This document shows, piece after piece, positions 20,701-29,933 of a stretch of DNA of 64,000 nucleotides. How positions within the stretch are numbered: position 1 is the first letter of the stretch; each line of letters starts with the position of its first letter. The stretch is from a virus (lineage: Duplodnaviria; Heunggongvirae; Uroviricota; Caudoviricetes): the IMG/VR virus record IMGVR_UViG_3300028840_008157. One strand, written 5' to 3'. Below the pieces are notes generated by a model, which saw nothing but the letters and a program-made list of their open reading frames with translations, was not told the origin of the DNA and did no database searches. Both the position numbers and the translations under genes were made by a program.

Positions 20701-21607
20701 TTTGGCCGGACGACGCTGATGATCCGCTAAATCCTGAATATCCGCTGGTCCCGGAAGAGCCGGAATCCCCTTCCTGACCGGATGATCCACTCGTCCCGCT
20801 GAATCCCGATATGCCACTGGAACCGGATTGGCCACTTTGTCCGGATTGTCCGATCTCGCCTGATTGGCCGCTAAACCCTGAAGCGCCAGAAGTTCCACTA
20901 AACGCCGAAGCCCCGCTCGCGCCGGAAGAACCGCTGATGCCGGAATCGGCGCTAAACCCTGAAGAACCGCTTGCCCCGGATTGGCCCGAATATCCGCTCG
21001 CTCCCGACCATGCGCTGAAACCAGATGCTCCAGAGGTTCCGCTCTCGCCGGAATGACCGCTGAGGGCCGACGTCCCGGAAAAACCACTTGTTCCGGATGA
21101 CCCGCTTGTGCCGCTCGTACCTGAATGAGCTGAAGCCCCTGAAACGCCGCTGGTACCACTGACGCCGCTCTCGCCGCTTGTTCCGAATTCACCGGAGAAC
21201 CCTGACGACCCGCTGCTTCCGGAGGAACCGCTTTCGCCAGATGATCCGACTTGACCGGATGAACCGCTGAACCCGGAAACACCGCTTGAACCAGAATGAC
21301 CAGAGCTGCCACTATAAGACGACGTTCCGCTGGTTCCGGAATACCCGCTTGCGCCGGACGTTCCTGACGTCCCGCTGGTCCCCGACGTCCCGCTGAAACC
21401 GCTGATGCCGCTGACGCCCGTTATCCCGGAGAAACCGGTGAGCCACCCCGTCCCGCTGATGTGAACGATCTCTCCGGTAACGACGTCTACGCGTACCGGA
21501 CCAAGAGCCCACATGCCGGAGAATCCTTCCGGCCCCGAATAGCCGGAGTTTTCCTCGTATGGAACCCTGTGGACGTTATATCCAAGAGGGTTAGAAGGGG
21601 TTGCCAT
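14774..21607 (-). CDS. giant Gly-Xaa-Ser collagen-like repeat fibre protein A, 2277 aa
   Basis: About 55 aa N-terminal cap, ~2100 aa of (SGX)n, and a ~115 aa C-terminal globular domain (VTTTDNTDTTIDTIAM...VKGQAGTTIKWRSETWV). Confidence 0.9.
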   Translation of the reverse strand: MATPSNPLGYNVHRVPYEENSGYSGPEGFSGMWALGPVRVDVVTGEIVHISGTGWLTGFSGITGVSGISGFSGTSGTSGTSGTSGASGYSGTSGTSSYSGSSGHSGSSGVSGFSGSSGQVGSSGESGSSGSSGSSGFSGEFGTSGESGVSGTSGVSGASAHSGTSGTSGSSGTSGFSGTSALSGHSGESGTSGASGFSAWSGASGYSGQSGASGSSGFSADSGISGSSGASGASAFSGTSGASGFSGQSGEIGQSGQSGQSGSSGISGFSGTSGSSGQEGDSGSSGTSGYSGFSGSSASSGQSGSSGTSGTSGDSGTSGHSGASGSSGFSADSGTSGSSGSSGTSGHSGASGFSGDVGQSGQSGNSGASGYSGSSAYSGTSGSSGFSGTSGEQGQSGASGTSGASGFSAAPGISGASGSSGASGSSGSSGTSAFSGHSGTSGFSAASGQSGSSGVSGSSGSSGQSAFSGSSGFSGQSGASGFSGSSGASGSSGQSGTAGESGLSGTSGQSGHSGTSGHSGNSGFSGTSSSGQSGTSGTSAFSGASGSSGTSGFSGESAWSGDSGNSGHSGTSGLSGSSGTSGFSGTGTSGASGTSGASGTSGTSAFSGTSGIEGESGLSGISGTSGSSGTSGASGFSGASGHSAQSGSSGTSGTSGSSGFSGSSAISGHSGASGTSAFSGTSGHSGSSGTSGESGFSGVGTSGTSGTSGTSGDSGSSGFSGISSYSGSSGTSGQSGAIGESGLSGHSGQSAFSGSSGSSGFSGISGSPGTSGHSGDSGSSGTSGSSGFSGIGTSGSSGSSGGSGSSGFSGEVGTSGESGASGQSGASGSSGFSGSSALSGHSGESGTSGQSGLSGSSGFSGSSALSGSSGYSGSSGSPGLSGTSGSSGTSGSSGFSAYSGASGASGHSGLSGQSGFSGSIGDSGQSGSSGSSGYSGTSAHSGTSGSSGHSGSSGFSGNPGQSGHSGVSGSSGTSGSSGFSGIGDSGTSGLSGISGTSGTSGFSGASGESGASGYSGTSGESGASAFSGWSGTSGASGGSGKSGFSGIGTSGVSGSSGTSGSSGTSGSSGISGFSGLSGSNGESGTSGASGTSGASGTSGSSGFSASPGPSGTSGSSGVSGTSGHGGSSGTSGASGSSGFSGSSAHSGHSGQSAFSGTSGYSSPSGQSGYSGNSGESGASGFSGTSGKSGTSGFSGTGSSGQSGSSGSSGSSGSSGSSGHSGSSAHSGQSGASGASGVSGFSGISGSSSFSGSSGASGTSGTSGSSGFSAFSGTSGRSGISGTSGVSGQSGFSGIGTPGTSGVSGTSGASGTSGFSGVSSHSGVSGYSGQAGTPGESGLSGQSGASGRSGSSGSSGHSGSSGTSGGSGTSGFSGSSAHSGQSGTSGQSGSSGQSAFSGASGYSSPSGQSGASGTSGASGASGTSGASGASGTSGASGTSGFSGTGSSGQSGSSGSSGFSGDTGQSGQSGTSGISGASAYSGTSGSSGFSGTSGEQGQSGASGTSGEQGYSGASGTSGSSGFSGTGTSGSSGSSGGSGSSGFSGEVGSSGTSGASGHSGTSGSSGHSGSSGSSGTSGRSGFSGSIGTSGQSGNSGLSGTSAHSGSSGFSGVSGASGRSAFSGISGTSGRSGASGSSGFSGTPGESGESGRSGASGTSAFSGQSGSSGSSAYSGSSGRSGFSGTGASGYSGSSGSSGSSGHSGTSGDSGFSGSPGDSGASGVSGVSGSSGSSGGSGFSGISSWSGQSGTSGQSGSSGSTGTSGTSGTSGGSGFSGTGTSGHSGVSGASGTSGRSGFSGEIGDSGYSGARGNSGTSAFSGQSGHSGTSGDSGSSGTSGFSGLSGSSGTSALSGTSGTSGTSGFSGLVGTSGTSGQSGASAFSGQSGRSGFSGVSGASSTSGQSGTSGSSGASGQSAFSGTSGGSGFSGTSGNSGSSGTSGTSAFSGQPGFSGSSGSSGESGHSGTSSYSGTSGYSGAGTSGYSGHSGSSGASGSSGASGSSALSGASGQSGYSGSSGFSGEGYSGPSGPSGPSGVSGYSGTSGYSGSSGFSGKGYSGPSGPSGYSGTSGHSGTSGTSGASAYSGTSGASGTSAYSGTSGFSGTSGHSGASSHSGASGISGTSGHSGTSAFSGTSGHSGTSGFSGKSAFSGTSGFSGSSGFSGTGPMANFRVAYVTTTDNTDTTIDTIAMDTNTAVFVETHIVAIQDDGSNRAGYVRRALAYREAAAADLQGPVETTTTRESSAQWDATIGVNGNDLEILVKGQAGTTIKWRSETWVSEISI
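17307..17386. repeat. perfect 27-bp tandem repeat x3 (encodes SGASGTSGA), an in-frame expansion within fibre A
   Basis: Unit gcgccggacgttccgctcgcgccgctt at 17307, 17334 and 17361. Confidence 0.9.
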
Positions 21608-21619
21608 TCTCGTGTTCCC

Positions 21620-24600
21620 TTACACCAACTTGAGCGCCATGTACTCTACCCTCACGACGTGAACCCGTGCGGACGTGTTTAGCGTGTCCGCCACGTTCGA
21701 CCCTGTTCTTTCTAGCGTCATTTGAAGCATGTCTCCTGCGGCCATCGAGGCGCCAGTTATCTCCAGGTTTTGCCCGGTCTCCGTCAGTTGGTCGGCGACC
21801 CCCGGCGAAGCCTGTAGGTACACGTCGGTCCAAGTACCGGCCGTGACATCCTCGCCGATGGCCCTCGCGTTGGCGTACAAGACCCAACGAACGTTTCCTG
21901 CCCCGTTGGCGTCGGGAGACCAGAAAGCGTTGACGTAGATCGTCGTTCCGGAAATCCAATCAGATGGTACCGTTATGGCCCAGCCCTCAAGCCTGTCGAC
22001 GTTCTTGATGTAGTCCAGGTACAGCAGGTTGTTCGCCGTACTTCCTAGAGAGGCGTTCCCAAATCCAGCTCCCACGTCCAGGAAAAGGTACTTGTACCCG
22101 CTCGTGCTAGAGGCGGCCGGTCCAGAGAAACCGCTATCGCCCGAGAACCCGCTCGTTCCCGAAAACCCGCTCATCCCCGAAGAACCGGAGTAACCTGATA
22201 CGCCCGAGTAACCGGATGTACCGCTGGGACTCGAGAACCCGGACGCGCCGCTATGCCCAGAAGAACCAGACCACGCGCTGAACCCGCTGGTCCCGCTTTC
22301 CCCGGAAGCTCCAGACGTCCCGCTGGTCCCTGAAGAGCCACTGTAGGCGCTGAACCCGCTGGTACCGCTATGGGCGCTCGCGCCGGAAACGCCCGAATGG
22401 CCGCTCAGTCCGGAAAATCCCGACGTCCCGCTGTGCCCAGAAACCCCTGATGGACCGGACGTACCGCTTGACCCGCTGAACCCGGATTGGCCGGAGTAGG
22501 CGGACGTCCCGGATTGCCCGGAGTGACCGGACGTTCCTGACTCTCCCGTCCCGCTGTAGCCGGAAACGCCGGAGAAGCCGCTCGTCCCGGACGTTCCAGA
22601 GATACCCGAGTCTCCAGATGCCCCGACGCCGCTGAACCCACTCGTACCGCTCTCTCCGGACGTCCCGCTCGTGCCGGAGAACCCGGATTGGCCGCTGAAA
22701 GCGGACGCCCCGGAAGCTCCGGATGTCCCGGATGTCCCGGATGTCCCTGTACCGCTGTAACCAGAAACTCCAGAGTAAGCGCTGAACCCGGACGTCCCCG
22801 ACGCACCGCTATATCCTGACGTTCCAGAAGACCCAGAGTATCCTGACTCGCCAACGCCACTATGGCCGGAGAAACCGCTCGTTCCGCTCGATCCGGATTG
22901 GCCACTCGTGCCGGATGTCCCGCTGTATCCCGAGAATCCTGATGCCCCGCTGGTTCCTGATTGACCGCTAAACGCGGATGTCCCGGAGGAACCGGAAGAT
23001 CCAGAAAATCCGGAGGTGCCGCTGAACGCGCTCGTTCCGGATTGCCCGGAGTAACCGGACTCGCCTATTCCGCTATGGCCAGAGAACCCGCTGGTTCCTG
23101 AAGCCCCGGAAGTTCCGGACGCCCCCGACTCCCCTACGCCGCTATAACCGGATACGCCGGAGTAGCCAGAGGTTCCGGATTCCCCGATGCCGCTGTAACC
23201 GGAAACGCCTGAATGACCGGACTGGCCACTCGTACCAGAAGAACCTGATGCGCCGCTGAACCCGCTGACGCCGGAGAACGCGCTCGTCCCGGACTGTCCG
23301 GAGTAACCGGAGGTACCTACCCCACTGTGTCCGGAGAAGCCGCTGGTCCCGCTCTCTCCGGACGTCCCGCTCGTGCCTGATGTCCCGGACGCTCCGCTTA
23401 TCCCAGAGAAACCTGATTGCCCGCTGAAGGCGGATGCGCCGGACGTACCGGACGCGCCGCTGAACCCGCTGACGCCGGAGTAGGCGGACGTCCCGGATTG
23501 CCCGGAGTAACCGGACGTACCAGACTCGCCGATCCCGCTGTAGCCGGAAACGCCGGAGAAGCCGCTCGATCCGGAATATCCAGATTCGCCGCTCGTTCCA
23601 GACGTGCCCGACGCGCCTGACGTTCCTACGCCGCTGAACCCGGAGGTACCGCTGGTACCGCTCGCCCCCGATTGGCCGCTGAACGCCGAGGTTCCGGAGG
23701 TACCGCTAAACGCGCTGAAACCGCTAACGCCAGAGAACGCGGACGCTCCTGACTGACCTGAATAGCCAGACGTACCGGATTCACCGGTTCCACTGTAGCC
23801 TGAAGTACCCGAGAAGCCGCTCGTACCAGAAGAACCCGACGTTCCGGAGGCTCCAGATGCTCCGACTCCGCTGAATCCACTGGTTCCGGAATAACCTGAT
23901 GTCCCACTCGTGCCGCTAGTTCCGCTAGGGCCAGAGAAACCAGATGTCCCGGACCATGCACTGAATCCAGAAGTCCCCGATTGTCCGGACGTGCCGCTGG
24001 TTCCCGATTGCCCGCTGTACGCGGAGGCGCCGCTGAACCCGCTGGTTCCAGATGTCCCGCTCGTACCCGAGAATCCGGAAACGCCGCTGTAGCCTGATGT
24101 CCCACTAGTTCCACTCGTTCCCGAGGTACCGGACGTTCCTACTCCGCTGAAACCAGACGTTCCCGATTGACCCGAAGTCCCGCTAAACCCGGACGCGCCG
24201 GAAGTCCCGCTCGCGCCGCTGGCTCCGGATTGGCCGGAAGTCCCAGGACCGCCAGCCTGCGCCGAGAATCCTGACAGACCGCTGTATCCCGAGGTACCGG
24301 ACGTTCCCGACGCGCCGGACGTTCCGGACGTGCCGCTTTCTCCTGAGTACGCGCTGAACCCGCTGACGCCGCTGAACGCGCTGAACCCGGACGTCCCTGA
24401 ATGCCCGCTCGTTCCCGACGTCCCGGATATACCGGACGCGCCACTTTCCCCGGAGTGCGCGGAGAACCCGGAAACGCCGCTGGCCCCGCTATGCCCCGAT
24501 GTACCGCTAATGCCAGACGATCCCGAGTAAGCACTGAACCCGGAAACGCCCGAGGTTCCGCTGAACGCGCTCGTCCCGGAATGCCCGCTCGCGCCGCTAT

Positions 24601-27600
24601 AAGCCGAAGTCCCGCTATGCCCAGACGTCCCGGATTCGCCTGACGTTCCGGATTCGCCACTGAATCCCGACGTTCCGGTCACTCCCGAGAAACCGCTTAT
24701 CCCCGACCACGCGCTCGTACCGCTTTGTCCAGAAAAACCGCTCGTTCCGCTGGAGCCGGATTCCCCACTGGTTCCGGACGATCCTGATGTTCCAGACCAT
24801 GCGCTAAATCCAGACGTCCCCGAAAAGCCACTCGTCCCCGAATGGGCTGACGTGCCTGAGGCTCCGCTCGTTCCGGACCACGCGCTGAAACCTGAAACTC
24901 CAGAGTACCCAGAAACTCCAGAGTACCCAGAAACGCCTGACGTCCCTGAATCGCCGCTCGTCCCTGACGTCCCCGAAAATCCGCTGGTCCCCGATTGGCC
25001 ACTGTAGGATGATTGCCCGGAGAAACCCGACACGCCGCTGAATGCGGAAGCCCCGCTGGTTCCAGATGCGCCAGATGCGCCCGAGGAACCAGAGTCACCA
25101 GGCGTTCCGGAGAATCCACTCGTCCCGGAGAACGCGCTTGTCCCCGATGTTCCGGAGGTACCGGAGTATCCAGACGTTCCGCTCGCGCCAGACCACGAAC
25201 TAAACCCAGAAACGCCGGAATGACCGGAGAACCCGCTGAACGCCGAAGTGCCGCTCGTTCCCGAGGCTCCCGAAGTTCCGCTGTAGGCTGATTCCCCAGA
25301 GAAGCCACTCGTCCCGGAATGCCCGCTCGTCCCGGATTGGCCGCTGTGAGCTGATGTTCCGCTGAATCCGGAGGTTCCTGACGTCCCGCTCGTTCCGGAC
25401 GCGCCACTTTCTCCGGAGTATGCCGAGAATCCGGAAACGCCGCTGTAACCGCTTTCCCCAGACGAGCCCGACGATCCGGAATAAGCACTGAACCCGGAGA
25501 TGCCGGAATGACCAGAGTAACCGCTGGTCCCGCTATGAGCGCTTTCCCCGGAGTAACCGGAAAATCCAGAGGTTCCACTCGCTCCCGAGGTTCCACTCGT
25601 CCCGGATTCTCCGCTGGCCCCAGATTCTCCGCCACTCCCCGAGAAGCCGCTCGTCCCGGAATGCGCAGAGGTTCCGCTGGTTCCGGAAGTCCCGGAAGTT
25701 CCCGATGTCCCTGAAAAACCACTTTCTCCGGACCACGCGCTGAACCCCGAGACGCCGCTGTAACCGCTGGTGCCGGACGCGCCGCTCGTGCCAGACGCGC
25801 CGGAAGTTCCAGGACCGCCAGCCTGCGCCGAGAATCCTGACAGGCCGCTGTATCCGGAGGTACCGGACGTTCCGGACGTTCCCGACGTGCCGGACGTGCC
25901 GCTTTCTCCGGAGTAGGCACTGAACCCGCTGACGCCGCTGAACGCGCTGAATCCGGATGTCCCGGAATGCCCGCTGGTCCCTGACGTCCCGCTGATACCG
26001 GACGCGCCACTTTCCCCGGAGTATGCGGAGAACCCGGAGACGCCGCTATAACCACTATGCCCCGATGAGCCGCTTGTACCAGACGATCCCGAGTAAGAAC
26101 TGAACCCTGAAACGCCCGAATCCCCGCTGAACCCGCTAGTTCCGGAATGCCCGCTCGCGCCGCTCGTACCCGAATGCCCGCTAGTTCCGCTATGAGCCGA
26201 CGTCCCGCTGAATCCGCTCGTTCCAGAGGTACCGGAGTATCCAGATGTTCCGCTCGCGCCAGACCACGAACTGAAACCCGAAACCCCGGAATGACCGGAG
26301 AACCCGCTGAACGCCGAAGTACCGCTCGTTCCCGAGGTCCCCGAAGTTCCACTGTAGGCTGATTCTCCGGAGAGTCCCGAGAAGCCACTCGTCCCGCTTG
26401 TCCCGGAGGCTCCGGAAGTCCCGGATGTTCCCGAAGCCCCACTGCTACCGCTGAAGCCGCTCGTGCCGGAATGCCCACTCGTTCCGGATTGACCGCTTTG
26501 GGCCGACGTCCCGCTGAATCCGGAGGTTCCTGACGTCCCGGAGTGGCCGCTGGTACCACTTTCCCCGGAGTACGCCGAGAAGCCCGAAACGCCGCTGTAA
26601 CCGCTTTCCCCAGACGAGCCCGACGAGCCGGAATAAGAACTGAACCCGGATACGCCGGAATGCCCGCTCGTTCCCGAATAACCACTGCTTCCGCTATGAG
26701 CGCTCGTCCCGGAAAATCCGGAAACGCCGCTCGTACCGCTCGTACCGGATTGTCCGGCTTCCCCGCTGAAACCGCTTTCACCGCTGACGCCGGATGTCCC
26801 ACTCGTCCCTGAATAGGCGCTAAACCCTGACGTTCCGGAGGTTCCTGAATGAGCTGACGTACCAGAAGTTCCGCTCGTCCCCGACCACGCGCTGAACCCA
26901 GAGATTCCAGAAACGCCGCTCGTCCCGGACGTACCACTTGTTCCGCTTTCTCCGGAGTACGCGCTGAATCCAGAGATACCGCTGAACGCGCTGGTACCGG
27001 ACGTTCCCGACGATCCGCTTTGACCCGAGTACGCGGAGAACCCGGAAACTCCACTGCCCCCGCTGGCTCCTGATGTACCCGAAATACCGCTGAAGCCGCT
27101 CGTTCCCGAGCTTCCGCTCGTTCCGCTGTAAGCTGATTCGCCAGAGGCTCCGGAAAAACCACTACTTCCTGACCATGCACTGAAGCCCGAGATTCCACTT
27201 TCACCGGACGTACCGGAGGTTCCGCTTTCTCCGGAGTATGCGGAGAATCCCGAAACGCCGCTATACCCGCTTTCCCCGGTCGTTCCCGAATAACCACTGC
27301 TTCCGCTCTGAGCGCTTGTCCCGGAGAATCCGCTCGTCCCGCTCGTTCCACTAGTACCTGATTGGCCAGCTTCCCCGCTAAAACCGCTCGTTCCAGAACT
27401 TCCGCTCGTTCCAGAACTTCCGCTAGTTCCACTGTAAGCCGATTCGCCAGAAGTTCCGGAAAAACCGCTCGTTCCAGACCACGCGCTGAAACCAGAAACG
27501 CCGCTTTCCCCGGACGTACCGGATGTTCCCGACGTTCCGCTTTCCCCTGAGTATGCGGAGAAACCGGAAACGCCGCTGTATCCACTTGTCCCGGATGATC

Positions 27601-29923
27601 CGGATGACCCGCTCGTCCCAGACGTCCCCGACCACGCGCTGAAACCAGAAACGCCGCTCGCCCCAGGAGTACCGCTTGTCCCTGAAGTCCCCGAAGTACC
27701 GGAGGTTCCGCTGGCAGCAGAGAACCCGGACGTTCCACTCAGCCCGGCTTCCCCGCTGAAGCCGCTTTCTCCGCTGACGCCCGAATACCCGGACGTTCCT
27801 GACGCTCCGCTATAGGCTGAAAATCCGCTGGCTCCAGACCACGCGCTGAATCCCGAAATTCCAGAAATGCCGGACGTACCGGATGTTCCCGAAGTGCCGC
27901 TTTCTCCGGAGTACGCGCTGAACCCGCTGACGCCGCTGAAACCGGATGCCCCGCTAGTCCCGCTTTCCCCGGAGGTTCCCGAGTCGCCGGACGATCCCGA
28001 TACTCCAGACCACGCGCTGAATCCAGATACGCCGGATGTACCGGACGTTCCCGAGGAGCCGGACGTTCCCGACGTGCCGCTTTCTCCAGAGTACGCGCTG
28101 AACCCGGATGTCCCGCTGTAGGCCGACGTACCGCTTTGCCCGGAATACGCGGAGAATCCGGAAACCCCAGATGTCCCGCTGCTCCCGCTACTTCCTGATG
28201 CGCCCGAAAATCCGGCTTCTCCGGAGAAGCCGCTCGTGCCTGACGTTCCCGACGTCCCAGACCACGCGCTGAAACCGCTGACGCCTGAATAACCTGACGT
28301 GCCGCTTGTTCCGCTTGTTCCGGACGTTCCTGAGTAGGCGCTGAATCCGGACGATCCCGATTCCCCGCTGGAGCCACTCTCGCCAGACTGACCACTCGTT
28401 CCTTCGACCCCGCTAAACCCGGACTGACCTGACCACGCAGAAAAACCTGACGTCCCACTGGTCCCCGAGTATCCGCTCGTCCCCGAGTGAGCCGACGCAC
28501 CGCTCGTGCCGGAAGAGCCGCTAACGCCAGCTTCTCCGCTGAAACCACTCGTGCCGGACCATGCGCTAAATCCTGACTGGCCCGAGTATGAACTCGTTCC
28601 GGAAAAACCGCTCGTTCCTGATTGTCCGCTGGTACCGGATGTTCCGCTCGTCCCGCTCGCCCCTGAATAAGCGGATTGTCCAGACGACCCGGAGGGTCCC
28701 GAGAATCCCGATTGGCCACTATGAGCGGAGAACCCGGAAGTTCCGCTATGGGCGGATGTACCAGACGACCCGCTGGCGCCGCTGTAGGCGGAGAAGCCGC
28801 TCGCCCCGGACCATGCGCTGAAGCCAGAAGCTCCCGATTGTCCGGACGTGCCGCTGGTTCCCGATTGCCCGCTGTACGCGGAGGTTCCGCTGAACCCGCT
28901 GGTCCCTGACGTCCCGCTCGTGCCGCTGGTACCAGAGAACGCCGACGCCCCGCTTTGACCGGAATGACCACTCTCCCCGGACCATGCGCTGAAACCGCTT
29001 ACGCCGGATTCACCGGACGTTCCCGACGTTCCGCTGGTACCGCTCGTCCCGGAATGGGCGCTGAACCCCGACGTACCGCTCTCGCCAGCCGTCCCGCTGG
29101 TCCCGGAGAAACCAGATTGCCCAGACCACGCGCTGAAGCCCGAGGTCCCGGACGTACCGGACGTACCGGACGTACCGGAATAACCCGACGTGCCCGACGT
29201 TCCGGACGCGCCCGACGTTCCGGACGCGCCCGACGTGCCCGAATGGGCGCTGAATCCAGAAAGCCCCGAATCGCCGGAATAACCACTCGTCCCGGATTGC
29301 CCGCTGTAAGCCGAAGCACCGCTGAACCCGGACGTCCCGCTTCCACCGGATGATCCGCTGCCACCGGAGAATCCCGAAACCCCGGAATGACCGGAACCGC
29401 CGGAGCTGCCGCTCAGTCCAGAACCGCCGGATGATCCGCTATAGGCGGAAAATCCCGACGTTCCGGAGAAGGCGCTGGCCCCGCTAGACCCGCTCCCGCC
29501 GCTGGTCCCGCTCGCCCCGCTGAAGCCGCTGGTCCCAGGGCCGCCCGCCTGGGCGGAGAACCCAGAGAGCCCGCTGTAACCAGATGTTCCCGAGGCTCCG
29601 CTCGGCCCGCTCGGCCCGCTCGGCCCGGATTCTCCCGCTTGTCCGCTCCAGCCGCTAGTCCCGGACTGCCCGGACGTTCCTGGTCCGCCAGCCTGCGCCG
29701 AGAAGCCGCTGATGCCGCTCCATCCGCTCTGTCCGCTATGTCCGGAGAATCCGCTCGTGCCGGAGTCGTAACCGACGAAGCCGCTGATGATGCCGCTTCC
29801 GCCGATGTTGATGATGTCGCCGGTGGTAAGGTCGATGCGCGTGTCGCCGAGGACGAGCCAGCCGGAGAAGCCGGAACTGTAGTCCACCGGCATCTTCTGG
29901 CGTATGTATTGGTTGCATCCCAT
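21620..29923 (-). CDS. giant Gly-Xaa-Ser collagen-like repeat fibre protein B, ~2767 aa
   Basis: The listed start at 30007 overlaps the upstream gene, so ATG 29923 (or 29893) is more likely. N-terminal cap is homologous to that of fibre A, followed by ~2550 aa of (SGX)n and a ~160 aa C-terminal beta-sandwich domain. Confidence 0.9.
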   Translation of the reverse strand: MGCNQYIRQKMPVDYSSGFSGWLVLGDTRIDLTTGDIINIGGSGIISGFVGYDSGTSGFSGHSGQSGWSGISGFSAQAGGPGTSGQSGTSGWSGQAGESGPSGPSGPSGASGTSGYSGLSGFSAQAGGPGTSGFSGASGTSGGSGSSGASAFSGTSGFSAYSGSSGGSGLSGSSGGSGHSGVSGFSGGSGSSGGSGTSGFSGASAYSGQSGTSGYSGDSGLSGFSAHSGTSGASGTSGASGTSGTSGYSGTSGTSGTSGTSGFSAWSGQSGFSGTSGTAGESGTSGFSAHSGTSGTSGTSGTSGESGVSGFSAWSGESGHSGQSGASAFSGTSGTSGTSGTSGFSGTSAYSGQSGTSGTSGQSGASGFSAWSGASGFSAYSGASGSSGTSAHSGTSGFSAHSGQSGFSGPSGSSGQSAYSGASGTSGTSGTSGQSGTSGFSGTSSYSGQSGFSAWSGTSGFSGEAGVSGSSGTSGASAHSGTSGYSGTSGTSGFSAWSGQSGFSGVEGTSGQSGESGSSGESGSSGFSAYSGTSGTSGTSGTSGYSGVSGFSAWSGTSGTSGTSGFSGEAGFSGASGSSGSSGTSGVSGFSAYSGQSGTSAYSGTSGFSAYSGESGTSGTSGSSGTSGTSGVSGFSAWSGVSGSSGDSGTSGESGTSGASGFSGVSGFSAYSGESGTSGTSGTSGISGISGFSAWSGASGFSAYSGASGTSGYSGVSGESGFSGEAGLSGTSGFSAASGTSGTSGTSGTSGTPGASGVSGFSAWSGTSGTSGSSGSSGTSGYSGVSGFSAYSGESGTSGTSGTSGESGVSGFSAWSGTSGFSGTSGESAYSGTSGSSGTSGSSGTSGFSGEAGQSGTSGTSGTSGFSGTSAQSGSSGYSGTTGESGYSGVSGFSAYSGESGTSGTSGESGISGFSAWSGSSGFSGASGESAYSGTSGSSGTSGFSGISGTSGASGGSGVSGFSAYSGQSGSSGTSGTSAFSGISGFSAYSGESGTSGTSGTSGVSGISGFSAWSGTSGTSGTSAHSGTSGTSGFSAYSGTSGTSGVSGESGFSGEAGQSGTSGTSGVSGFSGTSAHSGSSGYSGTSGHSGVSGFSSYSGSSGSSGESGYSGVSGFSAYSGESGTSGHSGTSGTSGFSGTSAQSGQSGTSGHSGTSGFSGSSGASGTSGTSGASGTSGTSGFSGLSGESAYSGTSGTSGTSGTSAFSGFSGHSGVSGFSSWSGASGTSGYSGTSGTSGFSGTSAHSGTSGHSGTSGASGHSGTSGFSGDSGVSGFSSYSGSSGTSGSSGHSGYSGVSGFSAYSGESGASGISGTSGTSGHSGTSGFSAFSGVSGFSAYSGESGTSGTSGTSGTSGTSGYSGLSGFSAQAGGPGTSGASGTSGASGTSGYSGVSGFSAWSGESGFSGTSGTSGTSGTSGTSAHSGTSGFSGSGGESGASGESGTSGTSGASGTSGFSGYSGESAHSGTSGYSGHSGISGFSAYSGSSGSSGESGYSGVSGFSAYSGESGASGTSGTSGTSGFSGTSAHSGQSGTSGHSGTSGFSGESAYSGTSGASGTSGTSAFSGFSGHSGVSGFSSWSGASGTSGYSGTSGTSGTSAFSGTSGFSGTPGDSGSSGASGASGTSGASAFSGVSGFSGQSSYSGQSGTSGFSGTSGTSGDSGTSGVSGYSGVSGYSGVSGFSAWSGTSGASGTSAHSGTSGFSGTSGFSAWSGTSGSSGTSGESGSSGTSGFSGQSGTSAWSGISGFSGVTGTSGFSGESGTSGESGTSGHSGTSAYSGASGHSGTSAFSGTSGVSGFSAYSGSSGISGTSGHSGASGVSGFSAHSGESGASGISGTSGTSGHSGTSGFSAFSGVSGFSAYSGESGTSGTSGASGTSGTSGYSGLSGFSAQAGGPGTSGQSGASGASGTSGASGFSGTSGQSGTSGFSGVGTSGTSGTSGTSGTSGYSGVSGFSGTSGTSGTSGFSGASAYSGQSGTSGTSGQSGTSGFSAWSGTSGFSGPSGTSGTSGTSGYSGTSGFSGVGASGASGTSGSSGTSGFSGTSGYSGTGESGTSGYSGQSGASAFSGVSGFSAFSGTSGTSAFSGQSGASGTSGTSGFSGVGTSGASGTSGTSGESGYSGSSGFSGVSGYSGIGESGTSGYSGQSGTSAYSGVSGFSGASGTSGASAFSGQSGFSGISGASGTSGTSGTSGESGTSGFSGHSGVGTSGYSGQSGTSAFSGVSGFSGASGSSGTSGQSGHSGVSGYSGIGESGTSGYSGVSGYSGVGESGASGTSGASGTSGFSGHSGIGESGYSGQSGTSAFSGTSGFSGSSGSSGTSAFSGQSGTSGASGFSGYSGTSGTSGQSGSSGTSGFSGHSGVGESGYSGSSGTSGYSGASGTSGFSAYSGVSGYSGTGTSGTSGTSGASGASAFSGQSGFSGTSGTSGESGTSGFSGVGASGDSGISGTSGTSGFSGVSGYSGTGESGTSGHSGQSGTSAYSGQSGFSGSSGTSGPSGVSGHSGTSGFSGLSGHSGVSGASAHSGTSGFSAYSGSSGTSGTSGASGESGTSGFSAWSGSSGHSGASGFSSPSGTSGYSGVSGYSGSSGMSGFSGTSGFSGDSGFSGPAASSTSGYKYLFLDVGAGFGNASLGSTANNLLYLDYIKNVDRLEGWAITVPSDWISGTTIYVNAFWSPDANGAGNVRWVLYANARAIGEDVTAGTWTDVYLQASPGVADQLTETGQNLEITGASMAAGDMLQMTLERTGSNVADTLNTSARVHVVRVEYMALKLV
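24241..26115. repeat. diverged segmental duplication within fibre B (~310 bp: 24241-24555 vs 25808-26115)
   Basis: Both copies begin ccaggaccgccagcctgcgccgagaatcctgacag and stay colinear, mostly with third-position differences. A second pair lies at ~25150-25300 vs ~26225-26375. Confidence 0.8.
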
Positions 29924-29933
29924 CGGCGATCGC

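Noticed and set aside
14774-29923. Ice-nucleation protein, or true homology to serglycin or collagen
   Set aside because: There are no AGYGSTxT-type octamers and no Gly-Pro-rich collagen pattern. The resemblance is compositional only and is treated as analogy.
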